This document shows, piece by piece, positions 12,385 through 25,811 of a stretch of DNA of 64,000 nt (positions are counted from its first letter, which is position 1; each line of letters opens with the position of its first letter). The DNA lies in assembly GCA_964016885.1 (NCBI GenBank), contig OZ024747.1, forward strand, positions 7,440,001 to 7,504,000. Reading direction: 5' to 3'. A program made the position numbers and the translations under genes. The stretch comes from Eledone cirrhosa. Its lineage: Eukaryota. The notes beneath the pieces are model-generated. The model saw only the letters and a program-made list of their open reading frames with translations. It searched no databases and was not told where the DNA came from.

Positions 12385-14930
12385 TCATCATCATCATCAT
12401 CAGCATCGTTTAACGTCCATATTCCACGCTTACATGGGTTTGGACGGGAGTTTTCCCAGTTGAGGCAAGATTGGCTATCTTGCTCACATGGGACTATCTG
12501 GCGGATTTTTTACGACTGATGCCCTTCCTAACACCAACCACGTTTACAGTGTGGACTGGGAGGTTTTTACCGTGTTACCTACACAGCCACATTACAGTGT
12601 GGACTGTGTTTTTTTTTTTTTGCCGTGACACCTACACGACCTCGTTTGTTTCGGACTGGATGTTGTGGTACCAACATAACTTCACATTTAAGGGGGTGGT
12701 GTGGATGGGGTGGGGGTAGTGGGAAGGGGGTGTATTTTGTTAGAGGTGCCTACTGACTGTAGGTTTTGCTTTGTACTTAAGCAAGGCGGGTCTTCCGTAT
12801 AACTGTGTAGCGCCAAAGATCTCGGTCCAGTGATATTGTCTTGGAGAGGTGTAAGTGTGTGAGGTCAGAATTTATCAAGTCGTCCCAGGTTTTTCTGGGT
12901 CTGCCTACTCCGTGGCTACCGTCTATTTTTATCACCCTGCACTTTTTTATACAGCTGTCGTCGTTCATGCGCATCACGTGACCGTACCAACGTAGTCTTC
13001 TCTCGAGTAAACAACATCTGATCCCTCTTATTCCTAATTTCTCCCTTAGTTCGTTTATGCTTTGCCGTTCACGTATATTACTATTACACATCCAGCGGAG
13101 CATGCAAGCTTCGTTTCTCTCCAGTCTGCGTATATCCTCTGCACATAATGCCCAGGTCTCACTGCCATGTAACATTGCTGTTCGTATGCAGGCATCATAC
13201 AGCCTGCCTTTCATTTTTAGAGAGAACCCTTTAGCGGCCAATAGTGGTATAAGCTCTCTGAACCTTTTCCATCAGTTCTGACTCTAGCTACTGTACTTTC
13301 AGAGCACCCTCCCCCACTGGTGATTTTGTCACCCAGGTAACGGAAGGTGTCCACTATTTCTATAGAACTATCCGTGCAATGGAATGAGCTAGTATTCTGT
13401 GGGCACTTGCTGCTACTTATTGCACCAGAGCACCGGCCACATATAAAATCTATATTCTTAGTTAGCTTACCTGTGATCCCACACCTTTTATGCGCCCATA
13501 CTTTGCATTTGGGACATAAAATGGAGTTTCTACCTACTCCTTTCCTACACACTAAGCATGGCCATTTCCCAGATGGGACCGGTGCCCTATTTTCCTTCCT
13601 ACAAACTAGAACTTTAGTCTTAGACAAGTTAACTTTAAGGCCTTTTGATTCTAGGCTATGCTTCCATGTTTGGAATTTCTTCTCTAGTTCAGCCATTGAT
13701 TCAGCTATGAGCGTTAGATCATCTGCATATAGGAGTTCCCATGGGCAGCCGGTCTTGAACTCCTCTGTTATAGCCTGAAGGGCAATAATAAATAGTAGGG
13801 GGCTAAGAACGGAGCCCTGATGAACACCAACTTTTACGCTAAACTCTTCACTATATTCGTTGTTAATTCTAACCTTGCTGACTGTTTCTTTATACATGGC
13901 TTGTATAGCTCTCACAAGCCATTCATCAACACCTAGTTTTCTAAGATCCCACCAGATAATGGAGCGGGGGACTCTGTCAAAGGCTTTCTCCAAGTCAACA
14001 AAAGCTAAGTATAGGGGTTTACTTTTAGCAAGGTACTTGTCCTGTAGTTGTCGTACAATGAAAAGAGCGTCTGTGGTACTTTTACCTGACACAAACCCGA
14101 ACTGCATTTCATCTAGATCAATTCGTTCTCTGATTAGTTGCGCTATTACTTTTTCTGTGACCTTCATGACCTGGTCGATTAAATTAATGCCTCTATAGTT
14201 ACCCCTATCTAGGGCATCTCCTTTACCCTTATAGCAGTTAATGATGATGCTGCTACGCCAGTCCTTCGGAACGGTTCCATTCTGTATGACTTGGTTTACT
14301 ATCCGGGAGACCATAGTGTGTCCCACCGTTCCAGATGCTTTAAGCATTTCAGCAACTATTTCCGAAGGCCCAGCCGCCTTACCCGTCTTCATATCTTTGG
14401 TTGCCTTACCTATTATACTACCTTCAACTAGCACTGCTGGTCCCTCTATTGGATTGATGTGGGGGAGACTGTCTTTCTCCCATTTATTCTCCTCATTTAG
14501 TAGCCTTTCGTAGTGACACTTCCAAACTACCTTCTTATCAGCGTCAGTGATGGCAAGTACACCATCATCATTAAGGTCACACTTCTCCCCGACAATACCA
14601 CGGTTTTCCTTGACACATTGCCTAGCAATCCTGAACACCTCACGTTTTTGGTTCTCGCGTTGTAGAACATGCTTGAACTTTCTTTCCTCTGCTTCCCTTT
14701 TTGCGAAGTACACTTGTCTCCTAGCTTCCCTCCTGGCCACTTGATAGTCTTCTCTACTTCCTCCATCCCGCCATACTTTCCAAGCCTGCTTTTTGGCCTT
14801 AATTGACTCCTCCACCTTACTGTTCCACCACCACGTTACTCTCCTTCTGCCTATAGGCCTGCTCCAGCCACAGACTTCATCTGTCCCCTTCAGCAGGTTA
14901 GCTTTCAGGAATTCCCACTGTTCCTCTATA
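12381..14930 (-). mobile_element. 5'-truncated RTE-clade LINE; RT ORF split by a frameshift (13217-14815, 12777-13241), 3' UTR, (GAT)n tail
   Basis: NYRGI, QFGF, FVDLEKAFD, GVHQGSVLSP, LYADD, FRYLG, RRLRWYGHV, GRPRKTW; PHD-like Cys/His insert. Confidence 0.95.
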
Positions 14931-14984
14931 TTGTACTATATTAATTCCAAATATTAACAAAATAGATATTCTTGTGATCAATTA

Positions 14985-15051
14985 TATTTTAATATACATA
15001 TTTCAGAGGTACTGAATTAAGTTCAACAGTACGTCCTCATCAGATAAAATA
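14985..15051 (-). ncRNA. Type I hammerhead fold (family b variant)
   Basis: TATTTTAT-CTGATGA-GGACGTACTG..CAGTACCTCT-GAAA-T-ATGT-ATA-TTAAAATA. Confidence 0.7.
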
Positions 15052-15149
15052 AAATGATACATGACATACCCTGACTAAGTAGATGGTTAAAATTCAGTCA
15101 TGACTGAATTTTAACCATCTACTTAGTCAGGGTATGTCATGCATCATCT

Positions 15150-15216
15150 TATTTTATCTGATGAGGACATACTGTTGAAGATAGCTCAGTACCTCTGAAA
15201 TATGTATAATAAAATA
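15150..15216 (+). ncRNA. Type I hammerhead fold (family b variant)
   Basis: TATTTTAT-CTGATGA-GGACATACTG..CAGTACCTCT-GAAA-T-ATGT-ATA-ATAAAATA. Confidence 0.75.
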
Positions 15217-15355
15217 TACTTGATCACACGAATGTCTATTTTTGTTAATATTTTGAATTAATATTAATAACTCCGGAAAACCATTCTTGTAGAGTGCTTC
15301 TAATCTATTGTAAAACTTTATTATTTGATTTATTCATTGAACCTTGTTTAACCTT

Positions 15356-15442
<87 letters not shown>

Positions 15443-15514
15443 ATATATATTTATTAAAATAATAGATTAAAGTTTAAGCAATGAATCGCTGCTTTCACTC
15501 TTTAGTCTTCACAT

Positions 15515-15545
<31 letters not shown>

Positions 15546-15558
15546 TTGAAGAGTTAAA

Positions 15559-15659
<101 letters not shown>

Positions 15660-16596
15660 AATAAAAGAACTCAAAGATATGTGCTTTTTTATTATTAATT
15701 TCTTTTTTTAATAATATCTTAAATAATATTTCAATTCATGTTGTAAATATTTGTCAAGCAATTCAACGAAAAAAACTGCTCAAATTGTAATAAATAAATG
15801 ACACCAGGATTCTTGCTGCTTTTGTTATTATTCTTTATAATCTTCTGCCGAGTGGAATCTCATGCTGGAACTAACAGTAAGAATTTCTATCATTGGTACA
15901 AGACCATACACTGCGGAAGGGGAGGCAGGCGGTGATATCGACCCCCAGTTCCAAACCATAGAATGATAAAGGTAAAGTCAACCTTGAAGGGAGGATTTTA
16001 AACTCAGAAGGTAAAGGAACCCTAACTAAATACTATAAAGCATTTTGTGCATCACTCTACCGATTCTGTCAAATCCGCCGCTCTCTGGAACTAACAATAA
16101 TAACAATAACATTTAAAAAAATTATAAATATATATATATGTGCGCGTGCACGTGTGTGTGTGTGTGTGTGTAGAATGAAACAGTTCTAGTCCCGTAGAAA
16201 CCATTTCTATATTAAATTTATATATATATATATATATATATATACATACACTACACATATATATACACTACATATATATATATATATGTATATACATATA
16301 TATATATACATATATATATATAGACACGTACACACACACACACACATTTACAAAACCCAGAGTTCAAAATCTGCCCTGTACCCAATCGCGTTCTTTAAAA
16401 CGAATCTCTCCTCTTCACCATGAAAAACATAAAACCCAAGAGATTAAATTACTTTGATGGACTCTATGAAATATCAATGTTGCACTCTTCTATAATTTCG
16501 CCTTCCTTCCCGTTTTTTTATTTCATTTATTCATTCTTATCGCCGCGGTCATCATATTCTCATAAACGTTTCTTTTTATCAAAGTAACCCTTAGGA

Positions 16597-16785
16597 GACA
16601 GACATGTCATGTTAGAGCCAGGCTCTGTGGTATTTACTGGAGCTAGACATGCTGTGTTGGAATGTAGCATGTCGTTTTAGAAGCAGACATAACGTTTTAG
16701 AAGCAGACATGCCTTTTTGGAACCAGACATGGCTTTTTGGAGCCAGACATGTCATTTTGGAATCAGACATGTTCTTTCAGAGCTA
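16597..16785. repeat. Degenerate 20-bp minisatellite (AGACATG...TTTTGGARCC)
   Basis: AGACAT recurs at 20-bp spacing. Confidence 0.75.
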
Positions 16786-17661
16786 AACAGGATGCAGTCA
16801 TTGTAAAGTTGAAGTGTTTTATTACTGAATAAATACATGATTGTGAGTTCGAATCTTAAGTTAGAGCATAGGGTTTCATTTGGGGCAATATAGACAAGGT
16901 AGGTAACTCTACCTTCCTTGAGAGTGTTTGGCAGAGATAGCGCGGCCATTGTGTTGTACCCTCAAGTATCCCCAATTTGCTGGGCTGACAAAAAGATGTC
17001 TGCTCTCTATTTCACCGTCGAGGAAGAATCACGACTGGTTCAAAGCATGACTAATACGGTCGTTATGTCGGTGGCCTTAAGTAAAGTATATAGCTTCGTT
17101 TGCGTTATGAACGCCACAAGAGTGGGTCTATTATCCAGCTCCAACCACAGCTGCTCCAATACAAAAAAAAGTATCGAAGTAAACCAGAAAAGAATTACAA
17201 CACCATTTCTTTTCCTTTTATTGTTTTGGTCTTCTTCTGAAACAATGTTTATCTCTCTATACCAAATATTCGTCTCTCTCTCTCTCGTTCATCCAGACTT
17301 CTATTCCCCCCCCCCCTTTTTTTTTATTCTGCCAGTCATTCTCTTTCACCAATCCCCAATCTATGCCCTTCAATTCCGCCAGTAATTACTTAGAATGAAA
17401 TACAATATCGTGGAGAATGTTGAAAAATTGGACAAAAGAAAAAAAAACAAAAAAACAGACAATGGGAGGGGGGGGGGGGGGCACAAACAAATAATATGGA
17501 AGTATGAGTAAGACAAACAGACAATTTGAAAGAATAGAGTATTAATAACAATAATATATATATATATGTATAAATATATATATATATGTGTGTGTGAGTG
17601 TGTGTGTGTGTGTTCAAGACGGTGCCCCAGCATTACCACATTCTAATGAGTAAAAAAAGAG

Positions 17662-17700
<39 letters not shown>

Positions 17701-17888
17701 ACAGGAATTGATACATGAGGATAAATTTCCATATTTTATTACATGATGCACATTTCTGGGGTCTTTTCTATATTCTACTAGGTTTATGTAGTTACATAGA
17801 GCTGAATATATGGAAACTACCATGAGATGCTGTTAAGGTGGCATTGTTGAATAGGCCACCTTCACAGTATGTCATTGTATTTTATAAT

Positions 17889-17987
17889 TTACATTTGATG
17901 AAGGGTTTTCCATATATTCTGGGCTGCGAAATTTCATAAACCTAGTTAGAATATAGAAAAGAAACCCCAGAAATATACATCACGTAA
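17889..17987 (+). ncRNA. Degenerate hammerhead with long stem II, inside fold-back element 17720-18045
   Basis: TTACAT-TTGATGA-AGGGTTT...AAACCCCA-GAAA-T-ATAC-ATC-ACGTAA; core C3 mutated; inverted arm at 17728-17790. Confidence 0.45.
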
Positions 17988-18924
17988 TAAAATATGGACA
18001 TTCAATTTCCTATTTTATCAATTCTTACTCCGTGGATAACCAACTATATAAAAAAATCATACTACTATGGATAAATGCTATCTACATTGAGTGTTAAGTG
18101 TGGTTTATACTTCAATTAATTAATTTCTGTGGTTTAAGTAGCTTCCACTGGGATTAATTAACGATATAAACTAAATTTCTGTAGGTCAACCATTTAGTCA
18201 TGAAATATTCCATAAGTAGAATAGATATAGCATCAAAATTCCTGTGACTAGATGAGTTAACTCTAAAGATCTGTATGGCTAGATGGATTAACAACTAAGA
18301 TAACTAAGACCCCTGGTAGTAGAGTGGTTAATGATTCTGTGAGTAGATGGTTTAACACTCAGGTATCAGTCAGTACCTGAGTTAAACTAATGATGAGGAA
18401 AAACAGTTTTTTGTCCAATTTTTCAACAACAAAAATAACCAATATGGAAAAAAAAGGTTTTTAGCTTCACATCTTGTTTGTGCGTAAGTGTGTGTAAATG
18501 TGTATGTAGGTTGTGTGTGAGAGAGAGTGTTTGTGGTTATGTGCCTCTGTATGTGTTTGAGTATTTATTTGCTGTGGATGGGAATGTTGTTTGTAGATTT
18601 ATGTGTGTGTGTATGTGTGCAGATTAGTGTGTGAGTGTGTGAGTGTGTTAGCGTGCATATGCAAGTTTGTTATTGTGGATTAATGCATAAGTACATATAT
18701 GCGTTAGTATCTATGCATGTATGCCCATTAGTATGCATGTACACGTGTGTGCTACTTTCATGTGTGTGTATTTATGTATGTACACACACACGTACGTAGA
18801 TAGATAGATGATTGTGATTTTACGCTACGCTAGAGTGAATCGCAATTAAGCCAAAAAGAAGTACTCAATGCTATCAGATAGAGTGGAATAGCATTATGTA
18901 TTCAAAGTAATTATATATATATTC

Positions 18925-18981
<57 letters not shown>

Positions 18982-19065
18982 ACATATGTATATTTGACAA
19001 AAAGGAAAAGAATGACTTCACTTGAAGTCAAATATACCTAACTGTACCAAGGATCTCACACATTT

Positions 19066-19168
<103 letters not shown>

Positions 19169-19387
19169 TACATATACATATATACATATACATATATACA
19201 TATATACATATATACATATACATATATACATATACATATACATATATACAGATACATATACATATATATATACATATATATATACACATATATATACACA
19301 TATATATACACATATATATACACATATATATATATATACATATATATATACATATATATATACATATATATAAACATATATATATAC

Positions 19388-19434
<47 letters not shown>

Positions 19435-19516
19435 TTCAAAGCTGAATCGGTGTGAGTTGCTACTCAGAGTTTTCTAGTTCTTGCTCCTTAAGACTGAACA
19501 TTAGTAACAGAAACTT

Positions 19517-20947
19517 AGAGTAGTAACTCACAGTGACACAGCTTTCAATATATATTTACATATTGCTATAGAGTAGTAACTCACAGTGACACAGCTTTCA
19601 ATATATATTTACATATTGCTATAGAGTAGTAACTCACAGTGACGCAGCTTTCAATATATATTTACATATTGCTATAGAGTAGTAACTCACAGTGACGCAG
19701 CTTTCAATATATATTTACATATTGCTATAGAGTAGTAACTCACAGTGACGCAGCTTTCAATATATATTTACATATTGCTATAGAGTAGTAACTCACAGTG
19801 ACGCAGCTTTCAATATATATTTACATACTGCTATAGAGTAGTAACTCACAGTGACGCAGCTTTCAATATATATTTACATATTGCTATAGAGTAGTAACTC
19901 ACAGTGACGCAGCTTTCAATATATATTTACATATTGCTATAGAGTAGTAACTCACAGTGACGCAGCTTTCAATATATATTTACATATTGCTATAGAGTAG
20001 TAACTCACAGTGACGCAGCTTTCAATATATATTTACATATTGCTATAGAGTAGTAACTCACAGTGACGCAGCTTTCAATATATATTTACATATTGCTATA
20101 GAGTAGTAACTCACAGTGACGCAGCTTTCAATATATATTTACATATTGCTATAGAGTAGTAACTCACAGTGACGCAGCTTTCAATATATATTTACATACT
20201 GCTATAGAGTAGTAACTCACAGTGACGCAGCTTTCAATATATATTTACATACTGCTATAGAGTAGTAACTCACAGTGACGCAGCTTTCAATATATATTTA
20301 CATATTGCTATAGAGTAGTAACTCACAGTGACGCAGCTTTCAATATATATTTACATATTGCTATAGAGTAGTAACTCACAGTGACGCAGCTTTCAATATA
20401 TATTTACATATTGCTATAGAGTAGTAACTCACACTGACGCAGCTTTCAATATATATTTACATATTGCTATAGAGTAGTAACTCACAGTGACGCAGCTTTC
20501 AATATATATTTACATATTGCTATAGAGTAGTAACTCACAGTGACGCAGCTTTTAATATATATTTACATATTGCTATAGAGTAGTAACTCACAGTGACGCA
20601 GCTTTCAATATATATTTACATATTGCTATAGAGTAGTAACTCACAGTGACACAGCTTTCAATATATATTTACATATTGCTATAGAGTAGTAACTCACAGT
20701 GACACAGCTTTCAATATATATTTACATATTGCTATAGAGTAGTAACTCACAGTGACGCAGCTTTCAATATATATTTACATATTGCTATAGAGTAGTAACT
20801 CACAGTGACGCAGCTTTCAATATATATTTACATATTGCTATAGAGTAGTAACTCACAGTGACACAGCTTTCAATATATATTTACATATTGCTATAGAGTA
20901 GTAACTCACAGTGACACAGCTTTCAATATATATTTACATATTGCTAT
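19517..20947. repeat. 53-bp tandem array, 27 copies
   Basis: Unit AGAGTAGTAACTCACAGTGACRCAGCTTTCAATATATATTTACATATTGCTAT; no spacers. Confidence 0.97.
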
Positions 20948-21619
20948 TCACTCTACTTGACAGTAAGGAGTACTTTTTTTCCACCCAATTGCAATTCATA
21001 CCAATCGTAAATCATAAACATGATGTGTGCGTATCTATTCCTATATGTTAGTGTGTAAATATAGACATATCTATATATGTGTATATGTGTTTCTTTTTTT
21101 AATGGGTTTTTGTCTGAAAGAAGAGGTTGTGTCGGTTACCTTTCTAACACACTTGATGATCGGTGTGTACATGTGGCTGTGTGTGTGTGTGTGTGTGTGT
21201 GTATATACATATGTGGCTCTGTGTGCGTGTGTATATATATGTGGCTGTGTGTGTGTGTGGACGTGTGTTTTAGAGTTCATATACATATTCTTTTATTACT
21301 TTTAGCCAGTGGGTTGGCTGTGATCAAGTTGGAGTACTATCTATTGTGTGTGTGTGTGTGAGTATGTGTGTGTGTGTATGTGTAAATATGTGTGTGTGCG
21401 TGCATTAGTGATGTTATCTATATTGTGTTGATTCGGGTGTATGTCAGTGTTGTGTGCACGTATGTGTGTATGTATGTGTGCTAGTGAGTCTGCATTGAAA
21501 TGAGTGTCAATTTACCTATATGAATGTCAGTGTGTGTGTGTGTGTGTGTGTGTGTGGTTCACCATTCTGCATCATAATATTCAATCAGATCACCATTGTC
21601 TTCATGTCAAAAGTCTGCT

Positions 21620-21697
21620 TTAGTCTGTCACTGATCCACCATTAGCTGGAAGTCCTTGTTGTTGACGCCAGCAGGCTAATCTATGTTGGAACCAACA
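21620..21697 (-). CDS. HOPX: Last coding exon of a HOPX (homeodomain-only protein) homologue
   Basis: Polypyrimidine tract plus TTACAG acceptor, phase 0; encodes CWFQHRLACWRQQQGLPANGGSVTD*, compared with the vertebrate HOPX C-terminus as I recall it, KWFKQRLAKWRRSEGLPSECRSVTD*. Confidence 0.88.
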   Translation of the reverse strand, partial: CWFQHRLACWRQQQGLPANGGSVTD

Positions 21698-22005
21698 CTG
21701 TAATGGAGAGAAAGAGAACAGAATATCATATAACCTGTGTGATATCATTTATCATTCACATATACAACAATTTCATATAATTTGACAGCATATCATATAA
21801 AGTGTGTGATATCACCTTTTATCATTGACAAATACAGAGGATCTCAAACAATAGAACGTGGTATTCTATAAAATATGTGATATCACTATTTATCATTTAC
21901 AAATACTACTACTACCACTACTACTACAACAAACAGACACAGAAAGGTGAAGAAGGAGTGAGAAGAGATAAGTGTGAGGTGGAGAGAGAGAGAGAGGGAG
22001 AGAGA

Positions 22006-22063
<58 letters not shown>

Positions 22064-22376
22064 TTGATAAGGAATATCTCAGGTAATTAATATTGCATAG
22101 AGAAAGGTGATGGTTTAGACAGATAGACAGATAGACAGATATATATAGAGAGGTTGGAGGTGGAGGAGGGGGGGGGGGGGCAGGAAGAGAGGGTGACATA
22201 CAGGAAGGAAGGACGGAAGGAGGGGAGGGAGAAAGAGAGAGAGAAAGAAGGGGAAAGGAGGGAGGAAGGGAGAGAGAGAGAGAAAGAAAGAAAGAAATGA
22301 TTAGACAGAGAGAGAAAGACTGTGAAACATATACAGAGAGAGGAGAGGAGTAGTAATGATAGCCAGAGAGAAGAAA

Positions 22377-22425
<49 letters not shown>

Positions 22426-23228
22426 TATATAGATAGATAGAGAGATAGATCAGATAAAATGGTTCACAGTAATTGTTAGAACTCTCAGAACTATGAGTTC
22501 AATTCCCGCCGAGGTAAACGTTGCCTTTCACCCATTAGAGGTCGATAAATAAAGTACCAGATCAATACTGAAGTTGACAATTCATTTATACTTTTTTCTA
22601 AATCTTTTCTCACTTTCTCGGCTATGGAAATGGGGCGTGGGGTCTTTAACTTGAAGAGGGTGGGCTCCGTCAGGCTTAAAATCCCCAACAGTTAAGGGCA
22701 GCCTAACAGAAGTTAAGGGCCATGATCACGACATATAGTTGAATGGTTAACAATTTCGTGTCACAAATACAAGTTTCCGGAGTCAATCCCTCTGCATGAC
22801 ACCCAAGTACCATAACCTCGAGGTGACTTAAACTTTCTGCATGCAATTGGGTAGGCGAAAACTGTTAGGAAACCCGTCTGATGAACAATACATGTAATTC
22901 CAATAGTCAACCTTGTAATCAACTGCCATGCTGAGTCTCCCTGAGAATGTCATTAAAGGTACACGGGTCTGTGGAATACTCAGCCACTTACACGTTAATT
23001 TAACGAGTAGGTTGTTCCATTTATCAAACAGCTGGAACAGCCCTCGTCGTATCTGACGAAGGATCGTTTATCTATCATTCGTCAGTCTAGTTCTTACCAG
23101 TTATAAACTGGTCAGATGAGAGATCCTATTTCTTGTTTATTTCGTTTGAACTTTTATCTTAAAAAACAATCGCAGAATAATCTTTTGTTTCTTTTTTACG
23201 AGTCACAGAGTAAAGTCTTACCAAATAC

Positions 23229-23410
23229 TGTTTCTACTTTAGGCACAAGGCCAGCAATTTGGCGGGAGGGGAAAGTCGATTAAATCGATCCCAGTGCATT
23301 ACTGGTACTTTATTTTATCCTGTAAGGATGAAAGGCAAAGCTAACCTCGGCGGGATTTGAGCTCAGAACGTAAAGGGCCGTAACTCTCTGTCATAAAGCA
23401 GGGTGTCTTA
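23229..23410 (-). mobile_element. Nin/Deu-like SINE
   Basis: Same family as 1750-1960. Confidence 0.85.
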
Positions 23411-23429
23411 CCAAATATACTCTCTCTCA

Positions 23430-23830
23430 TTTCCTCTCACTCTATCCATCACTACCAAACTTTCACCCTCTCTATATCTACCATACAACACTCTCTTATT
23501 CCCTCTATCCATCACTACCAAACTCTCACCCTCTCTATATCTATCAATCCTCTCACTCTTTTCATTACCACCAAACTATCCCCATCTCTACATCAACCAT
23601 ACAACACTCTCTCCCAATTTCCCCTCTATATCAATTAACACTAAACTCCCCCCTCTATATATCTACTACACAGAACTCTCTTCCAATCCCCCTCTCTGTA
23701 TCAATTAGCACCTAACTCCCCCCTCTCTATATTTACTATACGGAACTCTCTTCCAATCCCCCTCTATATATCTATTAACACCAAACTCTCCCCCTCTGTA
23801 TATCTACTATACGGAACTCTCTTCAAATTC
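23430..23830. repeat. Degenerate C/T-rich minisatellite (period about 60 bp)
   Basis: Recurrent CCAAACTCTCCCCCTCT and GAACTCTCTTCCAATCCCC. Confidence 0.6.
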
Positions 23831-24031
23831 CTCTCTCATAAATACTTAAATACATAAATACATACATACATATGTACGTACGTAGGTACATACATACATA
23901 CGTACGTACGTACATACGTACGTACATACGTACGTACATACATACATACATACATACATACATACATACATACATACATACATACATACATACATACATA
24001 CATACATACATACATACATACATACATACAT

Positions 24032-24515
24032 AAACGTGTTCTGTTGTGGAGATCAGCTGCCCACTTGATATAAACGTTGTCAGAAAAATACAGGAGAAGG
24101 AGGACATCTACGGACCATTGATGAGGAGTTTACAAATCCAGTATCCAAGATACACCTTTAGCTTCATACCCATCATTATTGGTGCTACGGGTTATATACC
24201 TACCCGCTTGGACCAAAGTATGACTGAACTTGGATTTGCGGACAAAGAGCGCAGCTCCCTAATTCACAGTCTACAAATGGCTGCGATAGCTGGCACCTTC
24301 AAAACATTCTTGCGATTCAAGGGATGACAATTTCTTTTCTTTTACAACCTTGCCACCAGGAAGGTGGCCGGTCAAAAAAATATACTCGAAATTAAGAGAA
24401 AGAGATAACATACATACATGCATGCATGCATGCATGCATACATACATACATACATACATACATACATACATACATACATACATACATACATACATACATA
24501 CATACATACATACAT
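24032..24515 (+). mobile_element. 3' fragment of R4/Dong-like family 2 inside (CATA)n
   Basis: EISCPLD...FIPIIIGATGYIP; (CATA)n on both sides. Confidence 0.9.
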
Positions 24516-24861
24516 GCCATAATTGTTCGTCGCATATTTGGCGACCATAAGACATGATGTGACATGAAAAGAAGAAGAAATACTATAACTTATAAGGTAA
24601 TTTCAATTAAGTGATTTAACGTCTCTGGTTTCTTTACTATTTTGACACCAGCGGGTATTAAAAGATCTCCAGTGAGTCACAACTCATCCTTAAGGTAAAC
24701 CGGTTATATGACACTCTAAGAAAGAATATAGCGAATGAATCCCATGTTATTTTCATTGGGGGTCAACGCCACGAACTCTCGATCCAACACCTTTTAATAC
24801 AGAGATCTTCTACATCTACACTCGTTTCAATAAAGAGCAGTCCACAATGTATGAGATGACA

Positions 24862-25245
24862 TACTCTCGGGTCCCAATTAATATGGGTGGGGGTTGAGAT
24901 AAGTGAGTGGGTTGGAAAATTGGTAATGTTTCTAGGTTGTCTCCGTTGACTTTTTAAAAACCAGAATTAGTCGTTTAGTTTACATATTGAGACCTCCAAC
25001 CCATCCTATTTCATATGATATTTCTGGTAATGTACTTTTTTTGTCATGTATAATGTTTTTAATGTCTAAAGAAAATTAATTGTCGCAGGAATGCTACCAC
25101 TTAAAATAAAATTTCGCCGAAGAGGGATTAACAAAATTTAATAAGCGCTGAGTGTTTGAATTAGAGCGGCGGATGGTGGAAAACATCTGAAAAATTAATA
25201 AGTATGTGTGGGAGGGTGGCGGCAATTATTCTAGACCCGAGAGTA
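24862..25245. mobile_element. MITE with TA ends (Tc1/mariner-type)
   Basis: TIR TACTCTCGGGTC / GACCCGAGAGTA; related left end at 52443. Confidence 0.7.
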
Positions 25246-25811
25246 CATTCAATGCTGGCCAATCTGTTTTTGCCATTAGTCTCTATCCGCGACAAGGTCA
25301 GTAGCTTCGCCAAACCATCTATTTGCCAAGACTTTCATTAAGTTGGGAAACGTATGTCTTTCAAAAATCTCCTCCAACAAAACAACACTGTAGGATAAAT
25401 TGTGTCGTTTAAAAGAGTGGCCAGTGGTAGATTTTGTTTTGCCCGAACTAAACATGTGTAATCAGAATTAATTATTTTGTACGCAAAGTCCTATCTGCTC
25501 AGAAACTTAAGAGAGCGGTGTCCAATGGGGTTTTTTTTCTCTCCTCTACCAGCGTTTCTCTTATTGTTCAAATCTCACCAGAATTGTTTAGTAAATAAAG
25601 TTAATTTTGCGCGCTACTACCCAGGTTAATTGGCGTCTTTGTCTCGAAGTATTTCTACTGTCTGTCATGTCACATCCAAGACAATTCAAATCCAGTGAAA
25701 TCCTGAGACTTTGTCTAAGATATATATGACTATAAGGTACAACTAACCAACAAACATTACTTTGGTCTTTAAGTCATTGATTCTTAGTCTTAATTTTGCA
25801 GATATATAAAT

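Larger units (their letters stand above)
14938..15264. repeat. About 327-bp palindrome with two opposed hammerheads
   Basis: Centre AATTCAGTCA|TGACTGAATT at 15100/15101. Confidence 0.9.

Noticed and set aside
19517-20947. CRISPR-like regular array
   Set aside because: No unique spacers, no cas genes, eukaryotic context; the same applies to 45881-47524 and 53852-54471
25277-25413. Minus-strand peptide KRHNLSYSVVLLEEIFERHTFPN resembling homeodomain helix 1 (candidate upstream HOPX exon)
   Set aside because: No IAAE.GL motif, no suitable donor site, and runs into a stop; likely chance
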